From assembly GCA_021325135.1 (NCBI GenBank), contig JAJPHT010000034.1, positions 1-64,000 of the forward strand: a DNA stretch of 64,000 nucleotides, in the 5' to 3' direction. The stretch's first letter is position 1. Every line of letters starts with the position of its first letter. Of the stretch, positions 10,844 to 20,717 are shown one piece after another. Below the pieces are notes generated by a model. The model searched no databases and was not told the DNA's origin. It saw only the letters and a program-made list of their open reading frames with translations. Source of the DNA: Pseudomonadota bacterium (GTDB taxonomy: Archaea; Thermoplasmatota; SW-10-69-26; JACQPN01; JAJPHT01). Both the position numbers and the translations under genes were made by a program.

Positions 10844-11377
10844 TCAGCGCGGCGCCACGCCGCTCATGGTGGGCGGGAGGATCTGGGGCACGACCCGGTA
10901 CGCCATCAGGCCTACCTTGCGCCACTGGTCGTTGGCCGCGTCGCGGGCGTTGAGGAAGTAGTCGCGCACGTCGCCGCGCACCGCCGCGATCGCGCCCGCC
11001 TGGAGCCCGGTGATGGTCGCCTGGAGCGAGAGCACGGTGTCGAGCACGATGTCCTCGTCGCGCAGGAGGACGGCGGTGGTCTTGGGGACGTTGGCGATGC
11101 GGTCCTGGGCGCGCAGGTCCAGGAAGGGGATGCCGGCCTTCTCGAGGATGCGGCGCGGCTTCTCCAGGTTGGGGAGGAGGAAGTCGTCGCGCAGGTCGTC
11201 GAGCACGCGCCTCACGTCCTCCGACTGGGCCTGCGCGGCGTAGAGCGCCGTCTTCACGAGGCCCAGCTGCATCGCGTTGTAGGCCTGCTGGAGGGTGGTG
11301 ATCTCGGCGCTGTTGAGGCGCGTGTCGTCGCCGGCGAGCTTCTCGATGGTTCCCTGGACCTTGTCGATCATCGTCAT
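10844..11377 (-). CDS. DUF3231 / CotF-like ferritin-fold protein
   Basis: LNSAEI..L...Y, AQSEDVR..L, L.KAGIPF, LRDEDI, A.RGDVRDYF pattern; start MTMIDK after GGAGG. Confidence 0.6.
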   Translation of the reverse strand: MTMIDKVQGTIEKLAGDDTRLNSAEITTLQQAYNAMQLGLVKTALYAAQAQSEDVRRVLDDLRDDFLLPNLEKPRRILEKAGIPFLDLRAQDRIANVPKTTAVLLRDEDIVLDTVLSLQATITGLQAGAIAAVRGDVRDYFLNARDAANDQWRKVGLMAYRVVPQILPPTMSGVAPR

Positions 11378-11472
11378 CGTGGGCCCTCCTTGTGGGCCCG
11401 CCTGGACCGGGCGCAAGGGGGATATCGCTGTCGCCTACGCGGCGCGCGCGGGGCTCGGCTGCCCCTTCGGAC

Positions 11473-13116
11473 CTAGACGCCGTTGCTCCCCATGTTCTCG
11501 GGGATGTGGCGCGAGTCGACGAGGTCGCTTCTCGCGTAGAGCTGCGCGGTCATGACGCCGCCGTTCCAGTACGACTGCTTGAACTCGCCCACCTTGAGGT
11601 AGTCGGGGCCGTAGTCCTCGTTGTACTTCAGCGTCAGGATGAACGCGGGGTGCTTCCCCTCCAGGCAGGTGGGCGGCAGGGGCGAGGCGGGCTTCGTGCA
11701 GCCGTAGACGGTGATCTGCTCGGGGTGCGTGAGGTACGCGTAGAAGGCGTACTTGATCGTCCCGCCGTCGACGCCCACCTCGTCGCCGGGGCGCAGGTAC
11801 GCGTCCATGGCCTCGGCGGCGTGCAGGTCGCTGAACTTCACGGGCGAGAGGAGCACCGCGCCGCACGCCGCGAAGAGGGAGAGGAGCAGGAGCGCGTAGC
11901 GGAAGCGCGTGGAGGCGCGGCGCAGGTCCGCCTCGCGCAGCAGGAGCCAGCCCAGCGGCAGCAGGCCGATGACCGTGTAGCGGTGGTTGTCGAACCAGTA
12001 GAGGCTGCTCTTCTCGAAGGTCCAGAACATGGACGCGATGACCCAGCCCGTGACCCACACGAGGAAGACCGAGAGCCAGAGCGCGCTGGTCTCCTCCTCG
12101 CGGATCCTCTTGGTGGCGGCCCACGACTCGGGGAGGAAGGGGAGGACGTACCAGAGGAGGAAGACGCCGAAGAAGGGGATCTTCGCCAGGAGCGCCGTGC
12201 GCCACAGGTCGGGGTGGTCCAGCGCGTAGCCCTGCACGTAGCGCACGTAGCTGCTGGTCTCCCAGTTGGGCACCGTCGCGACGAGGGTCCTCCCGAAGAC
12301 GTGGAGCGTCTGCGTCTGCCAGCCGAACAGGAGGACGTTGCGCACGGCCCACGCGCCCGCGACGGAGAGGAAGATGGCGATGGCGGCCATGTACCAGACG
12401 TTGGTGAACAGCCTCCAGCGCCGGTAGTAGAAGCGCCACAGGAAGCCGCCCGCGCCCGCGATCACGAAGAAGTAGCCGACGCTGCTCTTGGAGAGGTACG
12501 CGAGCCCCGCGAAGAGGCCGGCCCACACGATGAAGCGGTCGTCCTTCAGCGAGCGCACGATGGCCCACATGGTGAGGGCGAAGAAGAGGAGCACCATGTT
12601 CTCGCTGAAGCCCGTGCCCGTGACCCACACCAGGTGCGGCTCCACGGCGAGGAGGCCCGTGGCCAGCGCCGCGACGCTCCGCCCGTAGAGGTCGCGCGAG
12701 CAGAGATAGCACACCAGGAGGGCGCCCAGCGACATGAGGAGCGCCGCGAGCTTCGCCTGCCAGAGGCCGAACCCCACGACGCTGAAGACGAGGCCCAGAT
12801 AGAGCGGATACGCGGGCGGGTAGTGGTTGCTGAACTGCGGCGCCGTGGGGCCCCACGTGGTGACGTCGCCGTAGGGCATGAGGAACTGGTGGTGGAGCAT
12901 CCACGCGTGGCCCATGGCGACGTAGGTGTCGCCGTCGCTGCGGAAGTCCATGAAGAAGGGCGCGGCGAGGCGCAGCACGACGCCCGCGGCGAGGGCCGCC
13001 AGGCCGATGCGCTCCACGGGGTACGCCTCCAACGCGGCCACGAGGCGCGCCCACCACCGGGCCAGCGCGCCGGGCGTCTGCGTCGGCGCGGGCGCGTCCG
13101 CCGCCGGGAAGGCCAT
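11473..13116 (-). CDS. GT-C fold glycosyltransferase (ArnT/PMT_2, family 39/83-like)
   Basis: SDGDTY, HYPPAYP, SEN, GLFAGLAYLSK, many TM helices. Confidence 0.85.
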   Translation of the reverse strand: MAFPAADAPAPTQTPGALARWWARLVAALEAYPVERIGLAALAAGVVLRLAAPFFMDFRSDGDTYVAMGHAWMLHHQFLMPYGDVTTWGPTAPQFSNHYPPAYPLYLGLVFSVVGFGLWQAKLAALLMSLGALLVCYLCSRDLYGRSVAALATGLLAVEPHLVWVTGTGFSENMVLLFFALTMWAIVRSLKDDRFIVWAGLFAGLAYLSKSSVGYFFVIAGAGGFLWRFYYRRWRLFTNVWYMAAIAIFLSVAGAWAVRNVLLFGWQTQTLHVFGRTLVATVPNWETSSYVRYVQGYALDHPDLWRTALLAKIPFFGVFLLWYVLPFLPESWAATKRIREEETSALWLSVFLVWVTGWVIASMFWTFEKSSLYWFDNHRYTVIGLLPLGWLLLREADLRRASTRFRYALLLLSLFAACGAVLLSPVKFSDLHAAEAMDAYLRPGDEVGVDGGTIKYAFYAYLTHPEQITVYGCTKPASPLPPTCLEGKHPAFILTLKYNEDYGPDYLKVGEFKQSYWNGGVMTAQLYARSDLVDSRHIPENMGSNGV

Positions 13117-13204
13117 GCGCGGGCGACGAGGAGGCCTTCCTTAAGGGTTTCTTCCAGCGGCGGCCTTGCAATGCTACTTCCGTGGCGGGCTCGCTCCCCT
13201 CCGC

Positions 13205-14194
13205 GTGGCGTTGCGCGTCTACCACCACCCCGAGTGCACGCAGCACGAGCCGCCCGAGCCCGGCCACGTGGAGCGCCCGGATCGCCTCCGCGCCGCCATG
13301 GACGCCCTGGAGGGCGGCCCCTTCTCCTTCCTCTCGGCGGAGCCCGCCGCGCGCCCCGACCTCCTGGGCGTGCACACCGAGGAGCACGTGCGCCGCGTCG
13401 AGGAGGCGTGCCGCAAGGCCGCGTGGCTCGACGCCGACACCTACACCGGCCCGCACTCGTGGGGCGCCGCGCTGCGCGCCGCGGGGCTGGCCCTCGCCGC
13501 CGCGCGCGCCGCGGAGGAGGGGCACGCCGCCTTCGCGCTGCCGCGCCCGCCCGGCCACCACGCGACGCGCGAGCGCGCCATGGGCTTCTGCCTCTTCAAC
13601 AACGTCGCCATCGCCGCGCACGACCTCACCACGCGCGGGCGCCGCGTCGCCGTCGTGGACTTGGACGTGCACCACGGGAACGGCACGCAGGACGTCTTCT
13701 ACGAGCGCGCCGACGTGCTCTACGTCTCGATGCACGGCTGGCCGCTCTACCCGGGCACGGGCGCGGTGGAGGAGCGCGGCGCCGGGAAGGGCATCGGCCG
13801 CACGCTGAACCTGCCCGTGCCCGCCAACACGGGGCACGAAGGGTGGCTGGAGGTGATGGACGCGGCGGTCGTCCCCAAGGTGCGCGACTTCGCGCCGGAC
13901 GTCATCCTCGTGAGCGCGGGCTTCGACGCCCACAAGAACGACCCCATCGGCAACTGCCTCCTCGTGGGGCAGACCTTCTACGAGTGCGCTCGGCGCCTCC
14001 GCGCCGTGCAGCCCCGCATCGCGGCCGTCCTCGAAGGGGGCTACGACCTCGAAGGCCTCGGCGCAGGCGTCGCGGCGACCGCCTCCGCGCTGGCGGGCAT
14101 CGACTGCCCGGTGCAAGAGGAGATCCCCGCGGGCGTCCGGCCCTGGAAGGAGCTTGAGCCGCGCGTGCGGGCGGCGCACCCGGACCTGGCGTGA
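13205..14194 (+). CDS. Histone deacetylase family (Zn-dependent amidohydrolase)
   Basis: GHVERPDRL, RPPGHHA, GFCLFNN, DLDVHHGNGTQD, SAGFDAH..DP, LEGGY. Confidence 0.95.
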   Translation: MALRVYHHPECTQHEPPEPGHVERPDRLRAAMDALEGGPFSFLSAEPAARPDLLGVHTEEHVRRVEEACRKAAWLDADTYTGPHSWGAALRAAGLALAAARAAEEGHAAFALPRPPGHHATRERAMGFCLFNNVAIAAHDLTTRGRRVAVVDLDVHHGNGTQDVFYERADVLYVSMHGWPLYPGTGAVEERGAGKGIGRTLNLPVPANTGHEGWLEVMDAAVVPKVRDFAPDVILVSAGFDAHKNDPIGNCLLVGQTFYECARRLRAVQPRIAAVLEGGYDLEGLGAGVAATASALAGIDCPVQEEIPAGVRPWKELEPRVRAAHPDLA

Positions 14195-14224
14195 CCCGGC
14201 ACAAACTCCATCCCGCCCCACGCG

Positions 14225-15346
14225 ATGCGACGCACCGTGACCTTCCGCCCGCTCGAAGGCGTCCGCGTCCTGGACCTCACGCGCCTGCTGCCGGGGCCGT
14301 TCCTCTCGCAGGCGCTCGCCGACCTGGGCGCCGACGTCGTGAAGGTGGAGGAGCCGGAGGCGGGCGACCCCGCGCGCTGGATGCCTCCGGAGGTCGACGG
14401 CGTGGGGTTCGGCTTCGCGGCGGTGAACCGCGGCAAGAGGAGCCTCGCGCTGAACCTCAAGGCGGAGGGCGCGGCGGAGGCGGTGCTGCGCATGCTGCCG
14501 CGCTTCGACGTGCTGCTGGAGTCGTTCCGCCCCGGCGTCCTGGCGCGCCTGGGCCTTCCGGACCACGCCCTCGCGCAGGCGAACCCGCGCCTCGTGCGCG
14601 CGAGCCTCGTGGGCTACGGCCCCGGCCCGCTGCGCGACGCCCCCGGGCACGACCTCAACTACGAGGCGGTCGCGGGCGTGCTCGCGCTCCAGGGCGACCG
14701 CCGCGGGCCCGTCGCGAGCGCCGTGCCGGTGGGCGACATGGCCGGCTCGCTCTACGGCCTCGCGGGAGTCCTGGGCGCCCTCTTCGAGCGCGAGCGCACC
14801 GGCAAGGGGCGCCACGTCGAGGTCGCCTTGGCCGACGCCGCGCTGGCGTTCAACGCGCTCAACCTCCACCGCGAGCTGCCCCCGCGCGGCGAGGACGAGC
14901 TCACCGGCGGCGTCCCGGGCTATCGCCTCTACCGCTGCCGCGACGGGCGCTTCCTCGCGCTGGCCGCCCTGGAGCCGCGCTTCTGGTCCCTTTTCTGCGA
15001 GGCCGTCGCGAAGCCCGACCTCCTCCCGCTGCACCGGGAGCGCGCGCGGGGCGCCCACCTGGAGGTGGAGGCGCTGCTCGCCTCGCGCCCCCTCTCCGAG
15101 TGGGTGGACCTCCTGGGCAAGGCCGGCGTCCCCGCGACGCCCGTCCTGGAGCCCGCCGAGGCCTTGGCCCTCTTCCCGCGTTACGAAGGCGCCCCCGGCC
15201 CCGGCTCGCCCCTCACCCACCGCCCCGCCCGCGGCAAGCCCCCCGCCCTGGGCGAGCACACCGACGAGGTCCTCCAGGACGCGGGCTTCTCCGCCGCGGA
15301 GATCGACGCGCTGCGCGCCTCCGGGGCCTTGCCTGCCAAGGGGTAA
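14225..15346 (+). CDS. CaiB/BaiF class III CoA-transferase / acyl-CoA racemase
   Basis: PLEGVRVLDLTRLLPGP, NRGKRS, ESFRPGV, GHDLNY, P.LGEHT. Confidence 0.92.
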   Translation: MRRTVTFRPLEGVRVLDLTRLLPGPFLSQALADLGADVVKVEEPEAGDPARWMPPEVDGVGFGFAAVNRGKRSLALNLKAEGAAEAVLRMLPRFDVLLESFRPGVLARLGLPDHALAQANPRLVRASLVGYGPGPLRDAPGHDLNYEAVAGVLALQGDRRGPVASAVPVGDMAGSLYGLAGVLGALFERERTGKGRHVEVALADAALAFNALNLHRELPPRGEDELTGGVPGYRLYRCRDGRFLALAALEPRFWSLFCEAVAKPDLLPLHRERARGAHLEVEALLASRPLSEWVDLLGKAGVPATPVLEPAEALALFPRYEGAPGPGSPLTHRPARGKPPALGEHTDEVLQDAGFSAAEIDALRASGALPAKG

Positions 15347-15542
15347 GCCCCTCCTTCGGAGCCCAAGCAGAGGGGAGCCCCTGCGTCTGAGGGCCCACGC
15401 CCCGCGACGAGGAGATGCCCACCTGCGCGGCTCGCGGAGATGATCGCCTTCGTGCCGCACGATCATCAAGTCCAAGGGATCCCCGCCGAAGGCGAGCCGC
15501 GGTGCGGTGGGGCCGGAGGCCCCACGTCGCCGGGGTCGGGCG

Positions 15543-15557
15543 CGAAAGCCTTTTCAG
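15543..15557 (+). promoter_or_regulatory. Putative BRE/TATA promoter of the signal peptidase pair
   Basis: GAAAGCCTTTTCAG about 25 nt before ATG 15582; same pattern before mcm, serA and pyrB. Confidence 0.5.
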
Positions 15558-15581
15558 CGGACGCCCCGTCCCCGGCCTCGG

Positions 15582-16769
15582 ATGGCCAAGCTTTCCCCCG
15601 CCGTCCGCGACACGCTCGTTCTGGTCGCGGTCTTCGCCGTTCTGCTGGGCGGTCTCTACGCGTACACGGGCACGTGGCCCCCCGCCGTCATCGTGGAGAG
15701 CGGGAGCATGATGCACGCGGACTCGGAGGTCACCTACGGCCGCATCGGCACCATCGACCCCGGCGACCTGGTGCTCGTCAAGAACGTGAAGGGTCCCGAC
15801 GACGTCCTCACGCAGATGGAGGCGGGGCGCACGCACTACGGAAAGTCGGGCGACGTCATCGTCTACTTCCCGGCCAACGACCGCACGCACACGCCCATCA
15901 TCCACCGCGCCGTGGCCTACGTGGTGGTGGACAACTCCAGCGGCTCCAACCAGTATTACGTCCGCTGGGCGGACAACACGGACTGCGTGGGCGGCGCGGT
16001 GAAGGTCGCCAACAAGGCGTTCGACGGCGGCGCGTCGCACTCCTGGTGCGTCTACGACTCCAAGGGCGTCTACATCCCCGACGTCCCCGTCGCGAGCTTC
16101 GCCTCGACGCCGCAGAACCCGCGCCCCTACGTCCCGGCGCGCACGGGCTTCCTCACCAAGGGCGACAACCCCACCACCAACACGCAGACGGACCAGCTCT
16201 CGGGCCTCTCCCACGACGAGCACGGCGCGTCGAGCCCCGTGCAGATGGCGTGGATCGAGGGCAAGGCGCGCGGCGAGCTTCCCTGGCTGGGCCTCATCAA
16301 GCTCAGCCTCGCGGGCCACCCCAACGAGGCCTCGCCCCCCAAGGCGTGGGTGAAGATCGGCAGCGCCTTCGCGCCCAAGGACCTCTGGGTCATGCTGGGC
16401 CTCTCGCTCTTCGTCCTCGTGGGCGTGCCGCTCCTCTACGACGGCTACAAGGCGATCCAGACGCGCCGCGGCAAGGCGGGCGCCCCGGGCGCCCCCGTCG
16501 AGGTCACCGGCAGCGGCACGGGCCCTTCGGACATCCAGCTGAGTTGGAAGCCCCCCACGACGGGCGCGCCGCCCGCGAGCTATCACGTCTACCGCGGCGC
16601 CAACCGCGTGGGCACGACGCAGGAGCCCCGCTTCACCGAGTCGGGCCTTCAGCCCGGCGTCAGCTACCTCTACGCGGTGAGCGCCGTCGACGCGAAGGGC
16701 GTCGAGGGCCCGCGCAGCCCGCTGGTCAGCGTCGCCACCGCGCCCCCCGCGCCCGCCACGGGCGGCTGA
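15582..16769 (+). CDS. Signal peptidase I (S26B/Sec11-type) with C-terminal fibronectin type III domain
   Basis: VESGSMMH (Ser), PGDLV, PIIHRA (His), TKGDN; after the second TM: LSWKPP...YHVYR...F.ESGLQPG.SY.Y.V.AVD..G.EG..S. Confidence 0.88.
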   Translation: MAKLSPAVRDTLVLVAVFAVLLGGLYAYTGTWPPAVIVESGSMMHADSEVTYGRIGTIDPGDLVLVKNVKGPDDVLTQMEAGRTHYGKSGDVIVYFPANDRTHTPIIHRAVAYVVVDNSSGSNQYYVRWADNTDCVGGAVKVANKAFDGGASHSWCVYDSKGVYIPDVPVASFASTPQNPRPYVPARTGFLTKGDNPTTNTQTDQLSGLSHDEHGASSPVQMAWIEGKARGELPWLGLIKLSLAGHPNEASPPKAWVKIGSAFAPKDLWVMLGLSLFVLVGVPLLYDGYKAIQTRRGKAGAPGAPVEVTGSGTGPSDIQLSWKPPTTGAPPASYHVYRGANRVGTTQEPRFTESGLQPGVSYLYAVSAVDAKGVEGPRSPLVSVATAPPAPATGG

Positions 16770-16779
16770 GGAGCGGAGG

Positions 16780-17586
16780 GTGGCGCGCGCCCTGCGCGAC
16801 GCGCTGGCCGTCCTGGCCGCGCTCGCGCTCCTCCTTGCGGGCCTCTACGCGTACACGCACACGTGGCCCCCGGCGGTCATCGTGGAGAGCAGCAGCATGC
16901 GGCACGCGCAGGGGCCCTTCGGCCGCATCGGCACCATCGACCCGGGCGACCTCGTCGCGGTGAAGGCCGTCTCCTCGCCCGACGACGTGCAGACCATGGT
17001 GGAGGGCGGCCGCTCGCGCTACGGCCTCCCCGGCGACGTGCTCGTCTACTTCCCGGCCAACGACCGCGCGTCGACGCCCATCATCCACCGCGCCATCGCC
17101 TACGTCGTCGCGCAGGGGGAAAGCTATCGCGTGCGCTGGGACCCCGACGCGCCCTGCGTCGGGGGCGCCGACAAGGACGGCTCGTGGTGCGTCTACGGCT
17201 CCTCGGGCGTGACGCTGCCCGTGATCGGCCTCGCGGACTACCGGCCCGCCGCGACGGGGTTCATCACCAAGGGGGACAACCCCGCGACCAACGCCGACGC
17301 GGACGTGGTCAACGGCATCAGCCACGACGCGCGCGGGCGGCCCAGCATCGTGCGCCCCGAGTGGGTGGAGGGCAAGGCGCGCGGCGAGCTTCCCTGGCTG
17401 GGCCTTGTGAAGCTCGCCATCGCGGGGCACCCCAACGAGCAGGACCCGCCCGCGTCCTACGTCACCATCGGCTGGGCCTCGGCGCCCGGCGACCTGTGGA
17501 TCATGCTCGTGGTGCTCCTGGTGGTGCTCATCGGCGGGCCCCTGGTGGGGGACCTCGTCGCGGCGCGGCGGGGCAGGGAGAAGTAG
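16780..17586 (+). CDS. Signal peptidase I (S26B/Sec11-type), tandem paralogue
   Basis: VESSSMRH, PIIHRA, TKGDN, GKARGELPWLGL; co-linear with the upstream gene, no FN3. Confidence 0.88.
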   Translation: MARALRDALAVLAALALLLAGLYAYTHTWPPAVIVESSSMRHAQGPFGRIGTIDPGDLVAVKAVSSPDDVQTMVEGGRSRYGLPGDVLVYFPANDRASTPIIHRAIAYVVAQGESYRVRWDPDAPCVGGADKDGSWCVYGSSGVTLPVIGLADYRPAATGFITKGDNPATNADADVVNGISHDARGRPSIVRPEWVEGKARGELPWLGLVKLAIAGHPNEQDPPASYVTIGWASAPGDLWIMLVVLLVVLIGGPLVGDLVAARRGREK

Positions 17587-17591
17587 GCGCC

Positions 17592-18704
17592 TCAGGGCGT
17601 CTCGTCCAGGAGCAGGAGCTTCCCCTTCGTCGTGACGTTCACGGCGCCCTCGATGCCCAGGAGCGCGCGCGCCTCGGGCGTGTGGAGCCCCTTCACGCGG
17701 GCGAGGTCCGCGCTGGAGAGCTCCGACACCGCGCGCGCCACGGGGCGCCCCTCGCACACCACCGTGACGACGCTCTCCACGTCGAAGGTGCCCGAGACGC
17801 CGGTGACGCCCGCGGGCAGGAGGTGCTTGCCGGCGGCGAGGGCGCGCGCGGCGCCCGCGTCCACGTGGACCTCGCCCTCGGCGCGGGCGAGGAGGAGCCA
17901 GCGGCGCGCGCCCGACTCCCGCGAGCGCGGCGCGAAGCGCGTGCCCAAGGGCTCCCCCGACATCAGGCGCCTCAGGACGTGGGGCTCACGGCCTGCGGTG
18001 ATCACGACCGCGCAGCCGTTCTCCATGGCCAGCGCCGCGGCCTCCAGCTTGCTGGCCATGCCTCCGCGGCCGCCGCTGCTGGTCTTCGCCCCCGCCATGG
18101 CGCGCACCTCGTCGTCCACCTCGTCGACGACGGGCACGAGGGCGGCGCCGGGCGTGCCGGGGGGCTTGGTGTAGAGGCCCTTCACGTCGCTGAGGATCAC
18201 GAGGAGGTCGGCCTCCATCTTGGTGGCCACCAGGGCGCTGAGGCGGTCGTTGTCGCCGAAGCCCGCGTCGATCTCGCTGATGGAGACGGTGTCGTTCTCG
18301 TTCACCACGGGGAGGATGCCCATCTCCAGGAGCTTGGCCATGGCCTCGCGCATGTGGAGATAGCTTTCCCGCGCCGCGAAGGTGTGGTACGTGAGGAGCA
18401 CCTGCGCGACGTGCTGCCCGCGGCGCGCGAAGGCGGCGGCCCAGTCCTGCATGAGGCGCGCCTGCCCCACGGCCGCGCACGCCTGGCGCACGCGCACGTC
18501 GCGCGGCCGCTCCTTGATGCCCAGGATGTGCCGCCCCGTGCCGATGGCGCCCGAGGTCACGAGGATGACGTCGTGCCCCGCGTCGCGCAGGTCGCAGATC
18601 TCGTCCGCCAGCGCGGCCATGTACCACGGGTCGGGGCGGTCGAGGTCGCCGTTGAGCGTGTTGGTGCCGACCTTCACGACGATGCGCTGCCGCTTCGCGG
18701 GCAC
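17592..18704 (-). CDS. proB: Glutamate 5-kinase with PUA domain
   Basis: RIVVKVGT, VTSGAI, QACAAVGQ, NENDTV, FGDND.LSA, GRGGM.SKL; GTG start at 18704. Confidence 0.95.
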   Translation of the reverse strand: MPAKRQRIVVKVGTNTLNGDLDRPDPWYMAALADEICDLRDAGHDVILVTSGAIGTGRHILGIKERPRDVRVRQACAAVGQARLMQDWAAAFARRGQHVAQVLLTYHTFAARESYLHMREAMAKLLEMGILPVVNENDTVSISEIDAGFGDNDRLSALVATKMEADLLVILSDVKGLYTKPPGTPGAALVPVVDEVDDEVRAMAGAKTSSGGRGGMASKLEAAALAMENGCAVVITAGREPHVLRRLMSGEPLGTRFAPRSRESGARRWLLLARAEGEVHVDAGAARALAAGKHLLPAGVTGVSGTFDVESVVTVVCEGRPVARAVSELSSADLARVKGLHTPEARALLGIEGAVNVTTKGKLLLLDETP

Positions 18705-18720
18705 GCGGCGCGATCCGGCT

Positions 18721-19533
18721 TCAGGGCCTTGAACCTGGCGCGGGCCATCGCGGCGCGAAGGACGCCTCGGGGGCCGGCGCAGGCTCCTCCGTCTCCAGCC
18801 CCCTTGCGAGGGCGATGATCGCGAGGCCCGCGGAGAAGAGCCCCGTGGCGACCGCCTCGGCGACGAGGACGCCCACGACGAGGGGCCGGGACGCGGCGTC
18901 GAGCGCGGGGAGCGCCGCATAGAGCGCGCCGTCCAGGGCGATCCCCGCCAGCGAGACGGCGAGGCCGGCGCGGCGCGCGACGCCCGCGGCGGGGCCGCGC
19001 GCGGGGGTGGCGGCGAAGAGCAGGAACGCGGCCGCGAGCCGGAGGATGGCCACCGCGGCGCCGTACCTCGCGACGCCGAAGAAGGTCCTGGACGCGGGCG
19101 GGACGAGGGCCAGGGTGAGGACCATGGCGGCGTAGGCGGCGCCCAGCCCCAGCGCGAGGGGCGGGATCGGCTCCTGGCTCGCGCGGGCGGAGCGCCACAG
19201 CGCGAGGAGGATCCCGGCGACCGCGCCCAGGTCGAGGAGCCTCAGAGAGGGGTCCTCGCCCGGGAACGCCCCGAAGGAGAGCGTCGCGGGCACGAGGGGG
19301 AGGGCCAAGGCGAGGACGACAAGGCCCCACCACGGGTCGCGCCGCGCGCGGGCCGGCTCCGCGAGGCTGGCGCCCACGAGCAGGTTGGCGATCCAGTACG
19401 CGACGATGGAGGACGAGAGGAGGGCGAGCCCGCCGTCGGGCTGGAGCCGCCCGGCCACGCTGAAGGCCACGGAGGTCGCCGTCGCGACGAGGGCGCCCAC
19501 GGCGAGGGGCCGCGCAAGGGACCGGGCCGTCAC
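18721..19533 (-). CDS. Hypothetical multi-pass membrane protein
   Basis: About 8 hydrophobic segments; fills the gap between dsbA-like and proB. Confidence 0.55.
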   Translation of the reverse strand: MTARSLARPLAVGALVATATSVAFSVAGRLQPDGGLALLSSSIVAYWIANLLVGASLAEPARARRDPWWGLVVLALALPLVPATLSFGAFPGEDPSLRLLDLGAVAGILLALWRSARASQEPIPPLALGLGAAYAAMVLTLALVPPASRTFFGVARYGAAVAILRLAAAFLLFAATPARGPAAGVARRAGLAVSLAGIALDGALYAALPALDAASRPLVVGVLVAEAVATGLFSAGLAIIALARGLETEEPAPAPEASFAPRWPAPGSRP

Positions 19534-19581
19534 GCGCAGGCAAGCGGCTTCGGTGTTACGAACCTTGCGTCCGCCGGAGGC

Positions 19582-20151
19582 TCAGATCGTGGGCGACCTC
19601 ATGGGTCTCCCGTCCCGCGCGGCCGCGATGGAGTCCGCCAGGTCGTCGAAGCGGTAGGACCCCTCGTGGCGCGCGCCGTTCACGAAGAAGGTCGGCGTGC
19701 CGTTGACGCCGCTGCGCACGCCGCCCAGGAAGTCCGCGCGCACGCGCTCGCGCACCGTGGACGACCGCGCGTCCTCCTCCAGTTGCATGACGTGGAGCCC
19801 CAGCGCCTCGGCGTGGGCAAGAAGATCGGAGGGCTCCAGCGCGTCCTGGCTCTCGTAGAGCCGGTCGTGCATGGGCCAGAAGCTCCCCTGGAGGGCCGCC
19901 GCCTCGGCCGCAAAGGCCGCGTCCTGGGCGTGCGGGTGGATGCTCGCGAGGGGGAAGTTGCGGAAGGCGAAGCGCAGCTCCTCGGGGAAGCGCGCCTGGA
20001 GGTCCTTGACCACATAGTACGCCTCGCCGCAGAAGGGGCACTCGTAGTCGCCGTACTCGACGAGCGTGACCGGCGCGTCGGGCGGCCCCTGGAGGTGGTC
20101 GTCCGGGCTCACGGGCGCGCGCAGACGGCCCATGAGGAAGGGCGCGCTCAC
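19582..20151 (-). CDS. DsbA-family thioredoxin-fold protein
   Basis: VTLVEYGDYECPFC, RNFPL..IHP.A, GVNGTPTFFVNG; GTGA overlap with the redoxin stop. Confidence 0.9.
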   Translation of the reverse strand: MSAPFLMGRLRAPVSPDDHLQGPPDAPVTLVEYGDYECPFCGEAYYVVKDLQARFPEELRFAFRNFPLASIHPHAQDAAFAAEAAALQGSFWPMHDRLYESQDALEPSDLLAHAEALGLHVMQLEEDARSSTVRERVRADFLGGVRSGVNGTPTFFVNGARHEGSYRFDDLADSIAAARDGRPMRSPTI

Positions 20152-20642
20152 GCGATCACCTTCCTGGGCAGGCCTTCCAGGGCGTGGAGGACGCCGTCCG
20201 CGCCGGGGTTGACGCCGATGGGCGAGACGTGGCTCCAGCGGACGACGCCCTCCCCGTCGAGGACGAAGAGCGCGCGCTCGGAGGTCCCGTCGGGCAGGCG
20301 GTAGACGCCGTAGCGCCTCGCCACCTCGCCCTTGGGCTCGAAGTCCGCCAGGAGCGGGAAGCGGAGCCTGCGGTCCTTGGCGAAGGCCGCATGGCACCAG
20401 GCGCCGTCCACGGAGACGCCGAGCACCTGCGCGTCGCGCTTCTTCATCTCGGGGAGGACCTCGTTGTAGACGACCAGCTGGTCGGCGCACACGGGGCTCC
20501 AGTCCGCGGGGTAGAACACCAGCACGACGGGCTGGCCGCGGAAGTCGCTCAGGGAGACCTGCTCGTCGGGCGTGGCGCGGAGGGTGAAGTCGGGCGCCTC
20601 CATGCCTGGAGGCAAGGGTGCGGAGCGCGGAGGGGGCGGCAA
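20148..20642 (-). CDS. AhpC/TSA-family peroxiredoxin-like redoxin
   Basis: APDFTL, VLVFYPADWSPVC, GVSVD, LLADFEPKG, SERALF; start uncertain (TTG 20642 or ATG 20603). Confidence 0.88.
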   Translation of the reverse strand: MPPPPRSAPLPPGMEAPDFTLRATPDEQVSLSDFRGQPVVLVFYPADWSPVCADQLVVYNEVLPEMKKRDAQVLGVSVDGAWCHAAFAKDRRLRFPLLADFEPKGEVARRYGVYRLPDGTSERALFVLDGEGVVRWSHVSPIGVNPGADGVLHALEGLPRKVIA

Positions 20643-20717
20643 GGGAAGGGCTCCTTCGCGCCAGAGGCGCCGCCCCTCGTGCATGCGTGTTGTGGCCCGC
20701 GCCTCGGCCGCGCCCGG

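Noticed and set aside
13205-14194. HDAC as evidence of eukaryote-like chromatin regulation
   Set aside because: HDAC-family amidohydrolases are widespread in prokaryotes; the substrate cannot be inferred
11435-15475. 1346-aa minus-strand ORF and other very long track ORFs (26330..29242, 11392..14157, 8562..10961)
   Set aside because: Shadow frames of real genes in very GC-rich DNA; Arg/Gly/Ala-rich with no motifs
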